A stretch of 64,000 nt of DNA from Epiperipatus broadwayi (taxonomy: Eukaryota; Animalia; Onychophora). The notes beneath the pieces are model-generated. The model was not told where the DNA came from. It searched no databases and saw only the letters and a program-made list of their open reading frames with translations. The position numbers and the translations under genes are program-made. The stretch is from the NCBI GenBank assembly GCA_028023455.1, contig JAQFVV010000007.1, positions 18,104,001 to 18,168,000 on the forward strand, read 5' to 3'. Below, piece by piece: positions 51,201 through 64,000 of this stretch. Each line of letters starts with the position of its first letter. Position 1 is the first letter of the stretch.

Positions 51201-54054
51201 CACAAAGAAGTTGTCTACAATCATTTTTTAAATTTCTATTTAATCACTACATGTAGATGTCATTTTGCTTAAATATTTACATATTTAAATTATTTATTTG
51301 AAGTGTGTTTGAAGAACATGTAAAATATTATTATTTCATTTAATACCTATTTTTATAGCCAATACATTATATATAGAATAACCACACACACACACACATA
51401 TGTATGGAATATATTTATGAAATGAAATAATAACAGTTTATACTTCGACGTGTTTATTCCAAACAACTGATATCAATATTTAAGTTTCCAACCATTCATT
51501 ATTATTTGTATATGTAATGTAAAAAAAGAAGCTAAAAACTTAAATTTGTAAATGTTTATGCAAAATAATATACATATCAATGAAATGCCATAATTAAACA
51601 GACGAAAGGCGATATAGAAGTATTATTATCACAGATATTTGTCATCTGAGTAGGATATACATAAATGTTTAAGCATATTTTATGACATTGATTTTATTAA
51701 ATGATACAATAGAATAATTATCCCATTTCCTATACATCAAATGAAAACATTTCATTTGAAATAAAAACTGTCTTAGATATGTATGAATCTTTGGAACTAA
51801 ATTAAAGTAATTATTTTATTGTTTGTGGGGAAATTGTGGTGCATACATTTTTTAAAAGTAATATAATATGTTTCATATCCATGTTAAATTTGTAATTATT
51901 CTACCACGTTGATATCTGATTGGTCAATACATAGGTAATATCCAATCATTGGTTGATCATGAGACAGGAGATGTTTGTTAAAACTTGAGGTGAATAAATA
52001 TTTAATGGGTTTTTATTGTATCATGAATATACTTTCAAGGTATATAGTCAAAAAAAGTAGATTTTATGTTTACTTATATTAGTCAACACAAGTTGCAGTG
52101 AAAAGAGTTGATGAGGAAACAGAATTTAAGACATTTTTCTTTGAAATTATTCAAGGTAAATGACAGTCAAGTACAACTCTAAGGTGTCTATGTATTGAAT
52201 ATTTCAGTAAAGAAGCAGCCATTGAATGGAAAGAATTAATAAGCAAATTTAAGTACTTTTAAAAAAATGTAAGACATGATGAGTGAACTTAAATTCTTTT
52301 TAAGCCTTCTGATAGAGTTATGATAATATAGAAAGTTTGACCAAGTTGTATAAAAGCCTAGATTTATAACTATGATAACTATTCTACAAACATAAAAAAA
52401 AAATTACTAGTGCAAGTTGTATAAGTAGAAAGTTTAAAAATAATTTCACAATATTTAAAAACTGTGACTTTGTTTCTGCAAGTTAGTTTTCTATTTATTT
52501 TGCTCTCGTATGACAATATATCTTTGATTTCATCTTATTGTAGTCTCATTTCTTATGCAAGCAATGATGTTTCTTCTTTCATTCATTTTTCTTTCAGTAT
52601 CACATTTTTTCACTCTCATCATGCATGTTTATATTTCATGGTGTTATGCATAATTTTTATATTTTTCTCCTATTAAACCTTTTTGATAGTTCTCACACCA
52701 TTTTCTGAAAATTTAAGAATTTCTGGCTTCATCTGTAAAATTTAGTTGATACGAGTAATCTCTATTGAATTATATATATATATACTTTGCCTTGTAACTG
52801 TAAAAAGGTACAGTGAGAGAAAATTATAATGCCTCCCACCAAGTAGTGTAATGATTGCTGTTGCACACTGATCCTTCTTCAGAACTTTGCAATGCCCTGA
52901 ATCACGAGGTTCCAGCCTATATAGTTTCAAAAACCCCATAAATATCTGTACCAACTTAATATTTTTTTAAGAGTATGGACATATTCCAATTTGAATTGTA
53001 AAGTATGCTGATGGTCTGATAGTGTGAGAATTAAAATACCTGGCTAAGGAATTCTATTAATAGAAATAGTAGAAATCAAGATAAGCTATCTATAAACAAA
53101 GTTACTGTTTAAAATATCTTATATGTTGTAGTAGAAGGTTTACTTTGAAGTAATACATAAATAAGCCCAAAGTATTTGTTTTGATCACAACTCTGACATT
53201 TGGTGTTGAGTTTTATATATGTCACAATATAGACTTTTAACCTCTTAAAATTCTGCCATTTGTTATTATTCCACCTGGTGAGAGTTTTTGAAACTTCTCA
53301 ACCTTTCACTTCTGTACAAAATCTTTATTTTATATTAAAACTCAATAAATGGACTTAGTTTTTTTAAAATTTAATTTTATAAATGAATAATCTAAAAAAA
53401 ATTATATTTGACTTTCTTAAATATTTAAAAACTGACTAGTGTAAATACTCTTTCAGAAAATGAACAAATTCTTTTTTTTTTTTTTAATGTGAATGAGTGA
53501 AGGTGGATTTGTGATAAATTTATCAATTCTGCTTTAAAATTTTATATTTATTTTATTAAAATATTTGAAAAAATCTAACACCCTGATGATTTTGACAGGT
53601 GATGATACTAACAATGAGGTTCACATGAAGTGTTATCAAGAGAGCAAGAACATCCTTAAAATAAATCTTTCCTTTAAGAACAATAAAGATGATTGATATT
53701 TTCCGACTGTTCATACGATACTGATTTTTTCTGGCTTTTTAAATTAAAAAATCAGTGGAAGTAGTGAAGCCAAATTTATGATAATAAAAAAAATCTTACT
53801 CTAATATATGTTATGCTGGCAAAACAGTGATCTAAGGCTGTGGAATTACAATATTTTTTCTGAGGGAAACTAATAGAGTGAGAGAAATAATAGTAAATAA
53901 TTTATAAGAAGTAATATTGATGTAAATTGTAATATTTTAAATAATCCATAATTAATTAGATATAGTTTAATAAAAGTAAATTAATTGGAACATGTTTATT
54001 AAAATGCATCTACAAACAAGAAATAAAAAAGAGATAATTAATATATTATCTAAC

Positions 54055-54176
54055 TCATTAATACAAAGTACACTGGTTGAAGATGATGCTGACAGCCTGT
54101 CAACTTTCCCTCTCCCATGGCTATCTGTAGCATTATTTTGCTGGCTTCATATTCATTTTGATGGCAGAAATTGGAC
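54055..54176 (-). CDS. Candidate exon SNFCHQNEYEASKIMLQIAMGEGKLTG..., unknown product
   Basis: Strong acceptor atatattttag|, one open frame, weak donor. Confidence 0.15.
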
Positions 54177-54370
54177 CTAAAATATATTGATTTATTATTT
54201 GCCTGAATGTCTGTGATGATAGTATATTATTAGATGTGATATGTTGGACTATTTCCATCATCTATGAGTTAATGTTGAATGTACAGAAAATTTTAAACTT
54301 TATTTAAACTTTTCAAATACAAGCAACTTGTTACTAATAACATACAAATAGACAACACAGGTTAGTAATT

Positions 54371-54415
54371 ATACAATGTTTCAAGTAGTATTATTTTCCA
54401 CTTTACTTCAGGTGT
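54371..54415 (-). ncRNA. Minimal hammerhead motif, family A
   Basis: ACAC-CTGAAGT-A-AAGTGG aaaataata CTACTT-GAAA-CATT-GTAT. Confidence 0.55.
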
Positions 54416-54639
54416 TGCTGGCCTGATATGCTTAGTGACAGTATTCACATAGAAGTTGAACTCCCATCTTTAGATTCTTGAATAATGAATTTAAAGCAAA
54501 TGCTCTAACCAATTAAGCTATTCTGTCAAAGGCAATAGATAGTAGAAATTTGATATATTTATATATGAGAATTGGTTCAAATCCTTCTGAGTCTTTCAAT
54601 TTTTTTCCCCAAGCCCTTCAATTTAAAGAGAAAAAACAT

Positions 54640-54849
54640 GTGTCTCCCATAGCAGACCATGTATGTACTAATGACCATATGTTTAATTGGGAAAATACAA
54701 AAATATTGGATAAAGAGGAAAAATTGCATAGAAAAAAATTCAAGGAAGCTGCTCATATGACAATGGTAAAAAATCCTATAAGTCAACCCAGTATGGCAAT
54801 GCACAATGTATGGAAGCCTCTAATTAATCTTGATCTTAGGAAAAATTAA
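54640..54849 (+). pseudogene. Penelope-like GIY-YIG endonuclease C-terminal fragment (open frame)
   Basis: SPIADHVCTNDHMFNWENTKILDKEEKLHRKKFKEAAHM...W.PLI matches the PLE pattern S.IA.H....H.F.W...KILD.E....R..KEA.HI. Confidence 0.85.
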
Positions 54850-54966
54850 TATTAAAATAAATAAATAAATTGAAGAGCTTGGGGAAAAAAAAAATTGAAG
54901 GACGCAGGAGGATTTGAACCAACCCTCATATATAAATGTATCAAATTTCTACTATCTGTTGCCTTT

Positions 54967-55047
54967 GACAGAATAGCTCAGTTGGTTAGAGCATTTGCCT
55001 TAAATTCGATATTAAAAATTTAAAGGTGCGAGTTCAACTTCTATGCA
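54967..55047 (+). other. tRNA-derived Pol III head; mirror copy at ~54447-54527 on the minus strand
   Basis: A-box TAGCTCAGTTGGTTAGAGC, B-box GAGTTCAACT. Confidence 0.75.
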
Positions 55048-55077
55048 ATTATTGTCATTGTGCATGTCAGGCCAGCA

Positions 55078-55121
55078 ACACCTGAAAAAGAGTGGAGAAT
55101 ACTACTACTCAAAACTTGTGT
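55078..55121 (+). ncRNA. Minimal hammerhead motif, family A (degenerate)
   Basis: ACAC-CTGAAAA-A-GAGTGG agaatacta CTACTC-AAAA-CTT-GTGT. Confidence 0.5.
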
Positions 55122-55854
55122 AATTATTAATCTGTGTTGTCTAATTATGTGTTGCTACTAACAAGTTCTTTGTATTTGAAAAATTTAAATAAAGTTTAAA
55201 ATTTTCTATACATTCAACATTCACTCATAGATGATGGAAATAGTCCAACATATCACATTTAATATTGATCTATTCATTTAAAAAAATCTGAAAAAGTCAG
55301 ATGTCTAAACCAAAAGATTATTACAAAGGATTTTAATCTTGATACAAGGTCATTGATAGTTTCTTTGTTTTCTGTCTTCAGAGCAGTTGTTAGTCTAATT
55401 CTAAATTTCTATTATTGTTAATGATAAATAAATAAAAATTGTATAATTCCATAGTTTATTTAAACATTTATGATTATTTTTACAAAATATTTATGATAAT
55501 TATTTAAAAACACAATAATCTATATGATTACACTGATCATAAATGAATATGTTTTCTTTTTAAAAATACAAGTTAAAGAAATAATGATATGAAGTTAAAC
55601 TATGATAGCAATTCTTTGTTAAACACAGATGTATAGTACTTTTTTAGAACACAATTTCATGCATCTATTATGACTTAACATTAATCACAAACATTGTAAT
55701 TCAGAATTAAAGTCCAATCAATAAATATTTTATTAATTTATTTTTTCCACTAGGGTTGTAATAATCATTTCTTAAAACAAAAGATATTGTTGCCATTACA
55801 TATTTCATTTTATTTTTTTTACTTGATAACATAGTTCAACAAATAAAGGAATTT

Positions 55855-56420
55855 AGATATTTCAGTAGTTGGTTGAGTGAGGATGGAAGAAGTGAAGATG
55901 AGATTAAAAGCATTGGTAAAAAAGACATATTAAGAGAAAGAAAATATTTTGTGAATCTTTGAAAAGAGAATTAAGAAAAAGATTAATTAAATACTATGTG
56001 CAGTGTACTATTGTATGGTTGTGAAACAGAGACAATAAATAATAAAATTAAGAACAGATTGGAAGCCTTTGAGATGTAGATATGGAGAAAAATGAAAAAA
56101 AATCATTTGGATGAAGAAAATAACAAATAAAGATGTTTTGAAAAGAGTAAATGAAAAAAGGAAATTAGAAATAGAAAGAGAAACTGGATAGGACACATAT
56201 TAAGAAGAAAGTATAGTTTAATAAAAGATATTTAGGAGAGACTGGTGAGTGGAAGCAAGTACAAAAAGATAGAAAATACCCACATTGGTGGATGATATAA
56301 GAAATGAGAAGAGTTATGTGGAATTGACGAACTGGGCAATAATGAGAATGAAGTGGAAAATGGATGAATTGGTGATATGACTACTCTTTGGACCTGTCTG
56401 TGGAACAACACTATTGATGA
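55855..56420 (+). mobile_element. RTE/BovB-like LINE 3' fragment (different family)
   Basis: gaagcctttgagatgtagatatggaga (EAFEMW.WR), aactggataggacacatattaagaaga (NWIGHILRR), ggacctg tail. Confidence 0.75.
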
Positions 56421-57304
56421 TTCTTTTCCCCCTATATTTGCAAAGTTTAAACATGATTTTTAAGGATATTCTTTATTTGTAAACTTATATTTTTAATAAA
56501 TAAAGCCCAATATATTGAATTCTAATAGAAAGTAAGAGATATGAAAACTAAAATTGAATGTTGAAGGTTTACAAATATTACTATCAAGAAGAACAATAAA
56601 TATGTCAACCTGTTGAAAGATTAGTACATTTCTTAGATGATTAAAATATTAGTGGCAAGATAACTAAGTCAAAAGAAGTGGAAATTAATAATAAAAAAAG
56701 TCTTCCACAGAAAACAACAGAATGAGCAATATATAGTGAAATGTAAAATAACAAATTAGGGAGTCTTCTGGGTCAATCATTGAAGCTGCTATAAAAAAGA
56801 TCAAAAGAGATAATCCATAAGGTGGATGAAGACAACAAATCAGCAAAAGGATTTTAACTGAGACATTCATCTCTAAAAACTGAAATGTGTCTAGGATTTA
56901 ACAGGTCATGCCAATTTGGGTTATGTTTTATGTATGCTTTGGGGTAAATGCTTTAATTATTAAAGTTGTAGAATGTATTATATGGAAGAAGTTGTTAAAA
57001 ATAATTATTTGTACACTTAGTCAGCACTTTAAAAATACTACTGCAAGAGGTAACATTGTGATAATGAAATGAGACTGATACAGTCGTTAGGAAATTTTAA
57101 AAAAAGTTTAAGCTACTGCCATTTCATCAATGATTATATAAATATTATTAACTTAAAGGCTCAATAAAGTTTTATGCACTGCTATTCAATTTCAAATGAC
57201 CTTTGAACCTGTTAAGTATAAGATTATTATAGTTTAATGATAAAACTCTTAGTTACTATGCTATTATTTGGGAAGAAAATCTAATAATATATCCTAGTAG
57301 GCTA

Positions 57305-60090
57305 ATCATCATCATCATTTTTAATCATTATCAATCCACTACAGGATGAAGGTCTCTTCAAGTTCAATTCATCTTTCCAATCACTAGCCCCACTTTTCCA
57401 CATTAACCCCACACATTCCTTATTTCACCCAACCATCTCACATGTGGTCTCTTTCTAGGTGTGTTAAATCTTTTGGAACCTGGTTTAAGATTTCAGTTGT
57501 CCTTCTATTATTATGTCTTCTAGCAATATGCCAAATCTCTTAATTCATTCAATGATGCCAGTACTCCTGTTTGTTCTCTTACCCAGGTATCTCATTTTGA
57601 TCTCATCTTATTACTTCTAACATGCATCCGTCTTTACTTCTTTGAATGGTATGAAGTCTCCATATTGTACTGCTGTTAAGTGTCCAAGTCCTAGATCCAT
57701 AAGTAAGAACTGGTAAAACACATTTATTAAAAGGCTTCCTTTTCAAACACATAGGCATATTTCTGTTTAATATTAAGTTATTTCTACCAACAGCATTCCA
57801 ACCAAGTTTAATGCTATGATTAATTTCATCTATTATATTTACATCTATATTAATAATATGACCATGTAGTTGTTAACTTCTTTTAACTTTTGAGAAAATT
57901 TATTGAACATTACATTAGTCATTTTAATGCTTATCTTTAGTTCTATTTTGTTACTTTCATCTGATAACTCTTGCAGAGGCTCTGAAGCATTATTTGCAAA
58001 AACTACTATATCACCTGCAAAATCTAGATGACTTTAATAATCTCCACGTTTATTCTTTAGCTTCCCATTTTAATCAATACAATACTTCTTGCAGCATTAT
58101 TATACAAAGATTGGAGATATGAAATCATCCTGTCACACACCTTTCTCAATGTTAATCTTCCTAATATCATTATGTAATCTAATTGTTGTTGTTGCATTTT
58201 TATAAACATTCTTCAGAATGACAATATCCTGGGTTAATACTTTGATGATCCAATGCTTTAATCACTGAATAAATGCTTATAGGATCAAGTGCCTTTTCAT
58301 AATCTATAAATCCAAAGCATAATGGCAATTCATATTTATCTGTCCTTTCTATAACTTTTCTCAATACTTTGATATGATCCATTATACTAAAATCACTTTT
58401 AAATCCAGCTTGTTCTTTTGATTGATTGAAATTCAAAGTTTGCTATAATCGAGTTAAAAAAGATTATTATCATATATTCTTTATCACCTTTTTTAAAAAT
58501 AATAATAATACTGCATTTTTCCTATCATCTAGTACATCTTTATCATTTAAACATTTGGTATATAACTTTGCCAAAATTTTTTCTATTTTTTCACCTGCTT
58601 CTTTTAAGATATCGATTGTAATTCCTTCATTATCTCGAGCATTTCCCTTCTTCATAAATTAATTGCATGACTCACTTCTTTATTTAAAATCCTGGACAAT
58701 TTAGAAGATATAATAGTAGTAGGAAGTACTTGTTCTTTTTTACTATATAATTTTTGATAGAACTCTTCTACCCATTTCAGGATGTTATCTCTCTTTTTAG
58801 TAATAGTTCCATCTTTTTTTTATTGCATATATAAGTTTCTTATCAATACACTCTTGAGACTTTTATTCTCTTCTCTAGCTTTCCTTGCTAGTTCACAATT
58901 ATACTTTCTTTTTATCATTATCAACTTTTTTTCACACCATTTTACAAAATTCATGATATTAATCCTTCTTAATGTATCATTTTTATATATTTTCATATTC
59001 CTTTCTTTCTTCATAAATTCTCTAATCTCAGTAAAAATTTTATTGGTGAATTGCTGCTTTTTTCTACCAACTATTTTTGTTGCAGTTTTTAAAAGAGTAT
59101 CAGTTATTTTGCTATTAATTTCATTCAAATCTGAATCATGTTCAAAATCTGTTAACATTTGAAAATGATTTGCAGGTTCTAATTTAAATTCATTAAAATG
59201 TTTGTGAAGATTAGGAATATCAACTGTGAATTATGTTTTTCTTAATAATTTTTATCTTTCAAGTTTTGCCTTAATATGTATCTTACATCTCACTAATCAA
59301 CGATCACTTCCTGTGTTGAATTTATTATGAACATTACAATCTTGAAACATGTATTTTCTATTAGTCAAAATGTAATCCAATTCTGCTGTATCTTCATTTG
59401 GATGCTTCTATGTTCATTTCCTTTTAACATTTTTCTCAAAAAATGAATTCATAATATAAAGTTTTTCTTTTTCTGCAAACTCCACAAGTCTATGTCCTCT
59501 CTCATTTCTATTACCATAACCAAAATTACCTACAGCACTTTCACCTTTCATTTGTTTACCAATACTTCCATTAAATTCTCCCATAACAATTTTAAAATGT
59601 TGTTTGATCGGATCAATAGTCTTTTGTACATCCATATGAAAAGTCTCTATTTCATCATCACAATGAGAACTTGTTGGGGCACAAACCTTAATTATCTGCA
59701 TTTGATATCTGCTATTAATTTGAATAACAAATCTTGCCACTCTGTCCAATATACCAACAATCTCACTATGCAGTTCTCCCATTTTTTATTTGTGATGAAA
59801 CCTAAAATTGTACTTTCAATATTTGGGCCTTTGAAGTACAGTTCATGTCTACTTTTTAAATCAATTGTTTGTTTGCCTTTTCTGCTAACTTCACAAAGTC
59901 CAGTAATGCCCCATTTAATATGACAGTTCTCCAAATTCTCACAATCTTCGTTCACTTGAAGATGCTGCAGTTGTAAGTACTTAAATAAATGACCATTATC
60001 AAATCTCAGGCTGCATCAACAAACAGGTAATTTCCAGCACCCTCCACCTTCAATCACTAACCACTGCCTTGGCTGGCAACTTTACAGCCT
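57305..60090 (-). mobile_element. Near full-length decayed RTE-clade LINE (APE plus RT)
   Basis: APE: IKWGITGLCEV, CAPTSSHCDDE, MGEFNG, GNFGYGNRNERGHRLVEFAE. RT: EQAGFKSDFSIMDHI, FIDYEKA. Same 3' end and (cat)n tail as the other RTE copies; many frameshifts. Confidence 0.95.
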
Positions 60091-60614
60091 TCCAGGAATA
60101 AGAGCCATGATTTAATTTTGTCTGTCATAATTGTAAATATCTATTAGAAAAAAGTTTTTTCATTCACCCACATATCTATTTTGCCTTCAAGAAAACTCAA
60201 CTGATATTTCAGTTAAGAACTATCAGATTACTGAGAAGAAAGACCACGGTGTTTCTTGGTCTTAAACTTAGAGGTAAAAAAACAATAAACTCACCATTCT
60301 GGCTAATGCATGTTGGTGACCAGCCTACCCATGTGCATATACTGTATGAATAATCATATAGCAATAGATCAAAAGATAGAAACATATAAAGTGGATATTA
60401 GGTATTTTCCCAGCTCAATTCCTTTGAGGCCTCCAACAAGAATCAAAGGGTCTTTTTTCATTTAACTACAAATATCATTAAATGGTTAAAAAGTTGATGG
60501 TTAGAGTACTTTATTAAATATTTGTAGGTCCATTTTGTGAACTAAGATAATGACAGAAATTTCTGGACCTGGTAACTAAGTATCTTCTTTTTTTATATAT
60601 ATATATATGTCAAA

Positions 60615-60686
60615 TGCATTGACTGGGAAGCGAACGCCGGCCAGCTACTTGGAAGGCAGCTATGCTAACCACTAGTTCACTAATGC
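60615..60686 (-). pseudogene. trnG-TCC (pseudo): tRNA-Gly(TCC) pseudogene
   Basis: 72 nt GCATTAGTGAACTAGTGGTTAGCATAGCTGCCTTCCAAGTAGCTGGCCGGCGTTCGCTTCCCAGTCAATGCA; about a dozen differences from canonical metazoan Gly-TCC, disrupting the D and T stems. Confidence 0.85.
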
Positions 60687-61049
60687 TTGACAAAGTATCT
60701 TATTTTCTTTGGAATTATTCATAGAAATTTCTATTCCACTAAGTACCTTTAGTTGTTTACTGTAAGCTGATAATAACCTCTGAAATAAAATGCGCACTTT
60801 TAAATTTGAGTAAGTGAAAAGTTACTGTACTTTGGAAAAATAGTTCACCAATTTAAAACGATTAATGCTGATGGGGTAGAAATAATAAAAACAAAAATAA
60901 TTAATCTAATGATTTGATTTATTGCATGGAAGTATATAAAAAATACAAGTATTGGAGGGTAGAGGTGATCCACAATTCGGGAATTTTAATCTCCAGAATT
61001 TGCCACTTTATCAATTCATACTGGAAATTGTGAAAAGATGATCAAGTGT

Positions 61050-62200
61050 TCTTGCTTCATTATAATATTCTGCTAACCTCAACTCACTTCAGCACCGAAT
61101 CGACTTAACATACATCCAAACACAATACGAGCTAATTAGAGTAATGAATTTTTAGCTGCGTTCTTTTTTCAATTGCATAATTATAGTTGAATGTAAATAG
61201 GCAATGAAATGTATATATGTGTGTGGAAATGCATGCGAAATTAATTTTTAAATGTAAATACCGCACTTAATATTTTATGGATTAGATAAGTCATGACCAA
61301 TTTACCTTTAATATTATCTAACATCTGGAGCGTCCGTTTTCTTTTTTTTTTTTTATTATCAATGACATTGATAAGAAATAGCTGGTTACAATTTTCAATT
61401 AAACTAATTCTTATATCATTTCTTTGTTTTCTATTATTTTATACTTTTAAATCCTTTCATATTTATCCACATGTATATTTAAGACTGAAAGAAAAAACTA
61501 TATATAAAAAAAATAATCCGACTTTATATTTTATTAAAAAGAAATATATTTGCGGAATTGGTTTTGTTTTAAGCCTATTTTATTCCCCGGCTTTGATTAA
61601 TTTGAGTCATTCTTTTAATTTTTATATACGATTTATATATTTTGTTCTGGCGGCGTAGTTTGTAATTAAAAGTAATTGATCTAACGCTTAGTTAAATTAA
61701 TCTCGTAGAGAAAGTTTTAAATAAATAAAACGAGGAACAATAAAATTTATATATATCTTTTATTAAGTATATTAAAAGTGACCTCTAGTGAGCCCTTTTT
61801 CACTTATCTTAAAATTAATCTGGAAAACAAAATTCTATATATATATATAACAAAAACATGTATTTTTAAATAATTGGGTCGAATTATAAATATTTTATTT
61901 CACAAATGCTATTATTCATCCATTTTCACATGTCTTTAATCATAATTTAGCTTTTATATAATGTGGTATCTCTGTTTATATAGATATCATAGATTATCTG
62001 AGTATTTTTAGAGAATGGTAAAAACTTTTGAACTGACTTACGAATTTATAATCTTAATTAATAATCTATTTATTGTCAGTATCTGTAATTGGATAAGCAT
62101 TTTTTTGGTACGTCATGTCTTGCACTCTTTAATAGATATACAAGACGGAACAAGAATAAATATATGCTATAGATTGAATGACGTTTAGTATCTTAGATTT
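61050..62200. promoter_or_regulatory. CpG-retaining promoter-like region; possible first exon of a minus-strand gene
   Basis: CG retention; minus-strand donor gaa|gtgagt at ~61087; tctggcggcg at ~61646. Confidence 0.35.
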
Positions 62201-64000
62201 TCAAAATTTCTTATATCAGTTTTTCAATACTGTATTCCTGGAATCTGCATCTTAAAATTACAACTGATTCTAAATCATTCTCTAGAAGGCTTTATTAGAG
62301 CATTGGGTGATATGGTATTGTAAGGATATTTTCAGTATAGATATCTCCTGAGATGCGTGTCATCATATAGACTTTTTCAGAGTGTTCACAAACATTAGGA
62401 TACCTTTCATTTAATTTGCTCTGAAATGGATGTCTGAAAGTATTCAGAATTTTGTTGCATGTTATGTCTTATTTATTTTTAATCTCATCCCATTTCTCAA
62501 TATCTGTAAAATAAAAATAACATGGTCCAGTTAGTAAAGTATATTTATTTTAACCAATTCTGTATTTGTAGTTAATGTTTAAACTTTTCTCTCTCCCCTT
62601 TTATTTTAAATTGAATTTACCAATTTTTTCTAATAAATTTATGTATAATTAAGTATTAATATATATATATATATATTTTTTATAATTAAGTATTAATAAT
62701 ATGCAATTTTTTTTAAGAATGCAAATATAATCTTTTATTTATTTATTTAGGTATAGAATGTAATAAGTTTTAAATCATTAATTCTGTAAGCAGCAGACAA
62801 GTAAATAAATAATTGTAAGATTAATTACTTGGTAGGTCATGTGACATTTGAGGATCCAAGTATCAGAATAAGCCTATCCAGTTAAATAAGTTGATTTTTT
62901 TTTACTTTGATTAGTTGAGACTTGATCCAGGAACCACTACCCTTTACAATTATTCTTTAATGTCTTTATAAAAATGCAAAGCATTAGACAGATTTAAATT
63001 GTGATATATACTGTATACACAAAAAACAAAATATTATTGGATTTTATTGTAGAAATAGACAATTTTTAAAAGCTAAAGGAATTTCTAGAATTGGTCAATC
63101 TGTTACTTTAATTACATCTGCCTATCTAAATTCATTTGAATTGTAAAATAAATAGTATAAGAATAAATAAATGAAATGCTAAGATATAGTACATTTATTA
63201 TCAGAGATTTAAAAAATAAGATATTTCAATCCCCTGTGAGATAAAGAATGTTTGGATTGTGAAGGAAAAAAAATAGTAGTGTTGTGATATTGTATTCTGA
63301 AAAGTGAAGCAGAAATAATGGTGTAGGTATTGTTTTAAATCCAAGAACATATGAGTGATAAAAGTTGCATTTTTGAAAGAAAGAAAAAAACATTAATAAA
63401 AATTAGTGAGAGATTGGTTTGATTCAAAATAAATTTACAAGTATTATAGAAAGTGCATTTTGAAGCTGATAAAGATTTAAATCCCATATTAGTACACAGT
63501 TGAAGAGTTTTAAAGAAGATTAACTATAAGGAAATAAGCAAATGATAAAGAAGAGAACAGTAGTAAAGGGGAAAACAATTTGTTAGATAAAAAAATAAAT
63601 ATATATAGTAATGATGTTAGTTGACAAGGTAAAGTCAATAAAAATAGACTTATTAGATAAGAAAATAAGAGTATATAACTATGAAATTAAATGACAAAGT
63701 CAAATAAACAAAGGAATTATGAAAAATTGAAAATATAGCCTTAGGTTATAAAAAAATAAAAAACCAAAATGTCATGGCTTAGTAATAAGGTAATCAGGTA
63801 TTTACACTTTATTCAGGCAGTGAGATTTCAAATACAGATTAATTCACTGATAGATAGCAAGAAAACGAAAACATTTTTTTTTTTTTAAGTGAATATTCTA
63901 TTATAAACCAACATTTTCACTAACAGTCTGGATATTATCTAATATTCACTAAATAGTATGTAAATAAAGACTAATTAAACATATGTATAATTTTCTAAAA

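Larger units (their letters stand above)
54228..55264. mobile_element. Family A largest copy: ~380-400-bp inverted arms (tRNA head plus HHR) enclosing a Penelope GIY-YIG fragment
   Basis: Arm symmetry from tattagatgtgatatgttggac to gtccaacatatcacatttaata; internal ORF 54550-54849. Confidence 0.9.

Noticed and set aside
54967-55047. Functional tRNA gene
   Set aside because: No acceptor stem or anticodon arm; it is part of a repeated element, so it is treated as a tRNA-derived head
58426-59923. Plus-strand ORFs 58426-58662, 58782-59162, 59492-59923 (also 20383-20643 and 35928-36131 on minus)
   Set aside because: Antisense shadows of RTE coding sequence
60285-60335. Possible HDV-like ribozyme upstream of the RTE 5' end (hairpin GGCTGGT/ATTAGCC followed by AGAAT-GGTGAG on the minus strand)
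   Set aside because: No P1/P2/P3 partners or catalytic C are found upstream; AATG|GTGAGT is equally explained as a splice donor
60518-60580. Minus-strand peptide ILVHKMDL resembling the Rag GTPase G4 motif
   Set aside because: Poor splice acceptor, flanking residues do not match RagA/B, and no other GTPase motifs are found nearby
62230-62505. Coding exon on either strand near 62.3-62.5 kb
   Set aside because: The strong minus-strand acceptor is followed by a stop within 12 codons; the plus-strand alternative needs an implausibly short intron; no recognisable homology

Overview
Very AT-rich, strongly CpG-depleted eukaryotic (animal, probably invertebrate) genomic DNA. It is mostly intronic or intergenic, and I could not identify any host protein-coding gene; only a few low-confidence candidate exons and CpG-retaining promoter-like patches are listed. 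The recognisable content is almost all mobile DNA: RTE-clade LINE fragments (one near full-length decayed copy at 57.3-60.1 kb, two young 3' fragments), Penelope-like GIY-YIG endonuclease 3' remnants, mariner/MITE relics and a tRNA-Gly pseudogene. The main signal is an unusually dense set (more than 20 motifs) of type-I hammerhead ribozyme (HHR) motifs in at least five unrelated short repeat families, here called A, B, C, D and H. Family B occurs as tandem ~470-nt monomers with one HHR each (retrozyme-like, predicted circular RNA). Family C has an 11-bp TSD and covarying ribozyme stems. Family A joins a tRNA-derived Pol III head to an HHR in inverted arms, and one copy encloses a Penelope GIY-YIG fragment. 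The families carry different palindromes in HHR helix III. All ribozyme calls were made by eye; none is tested for activity.
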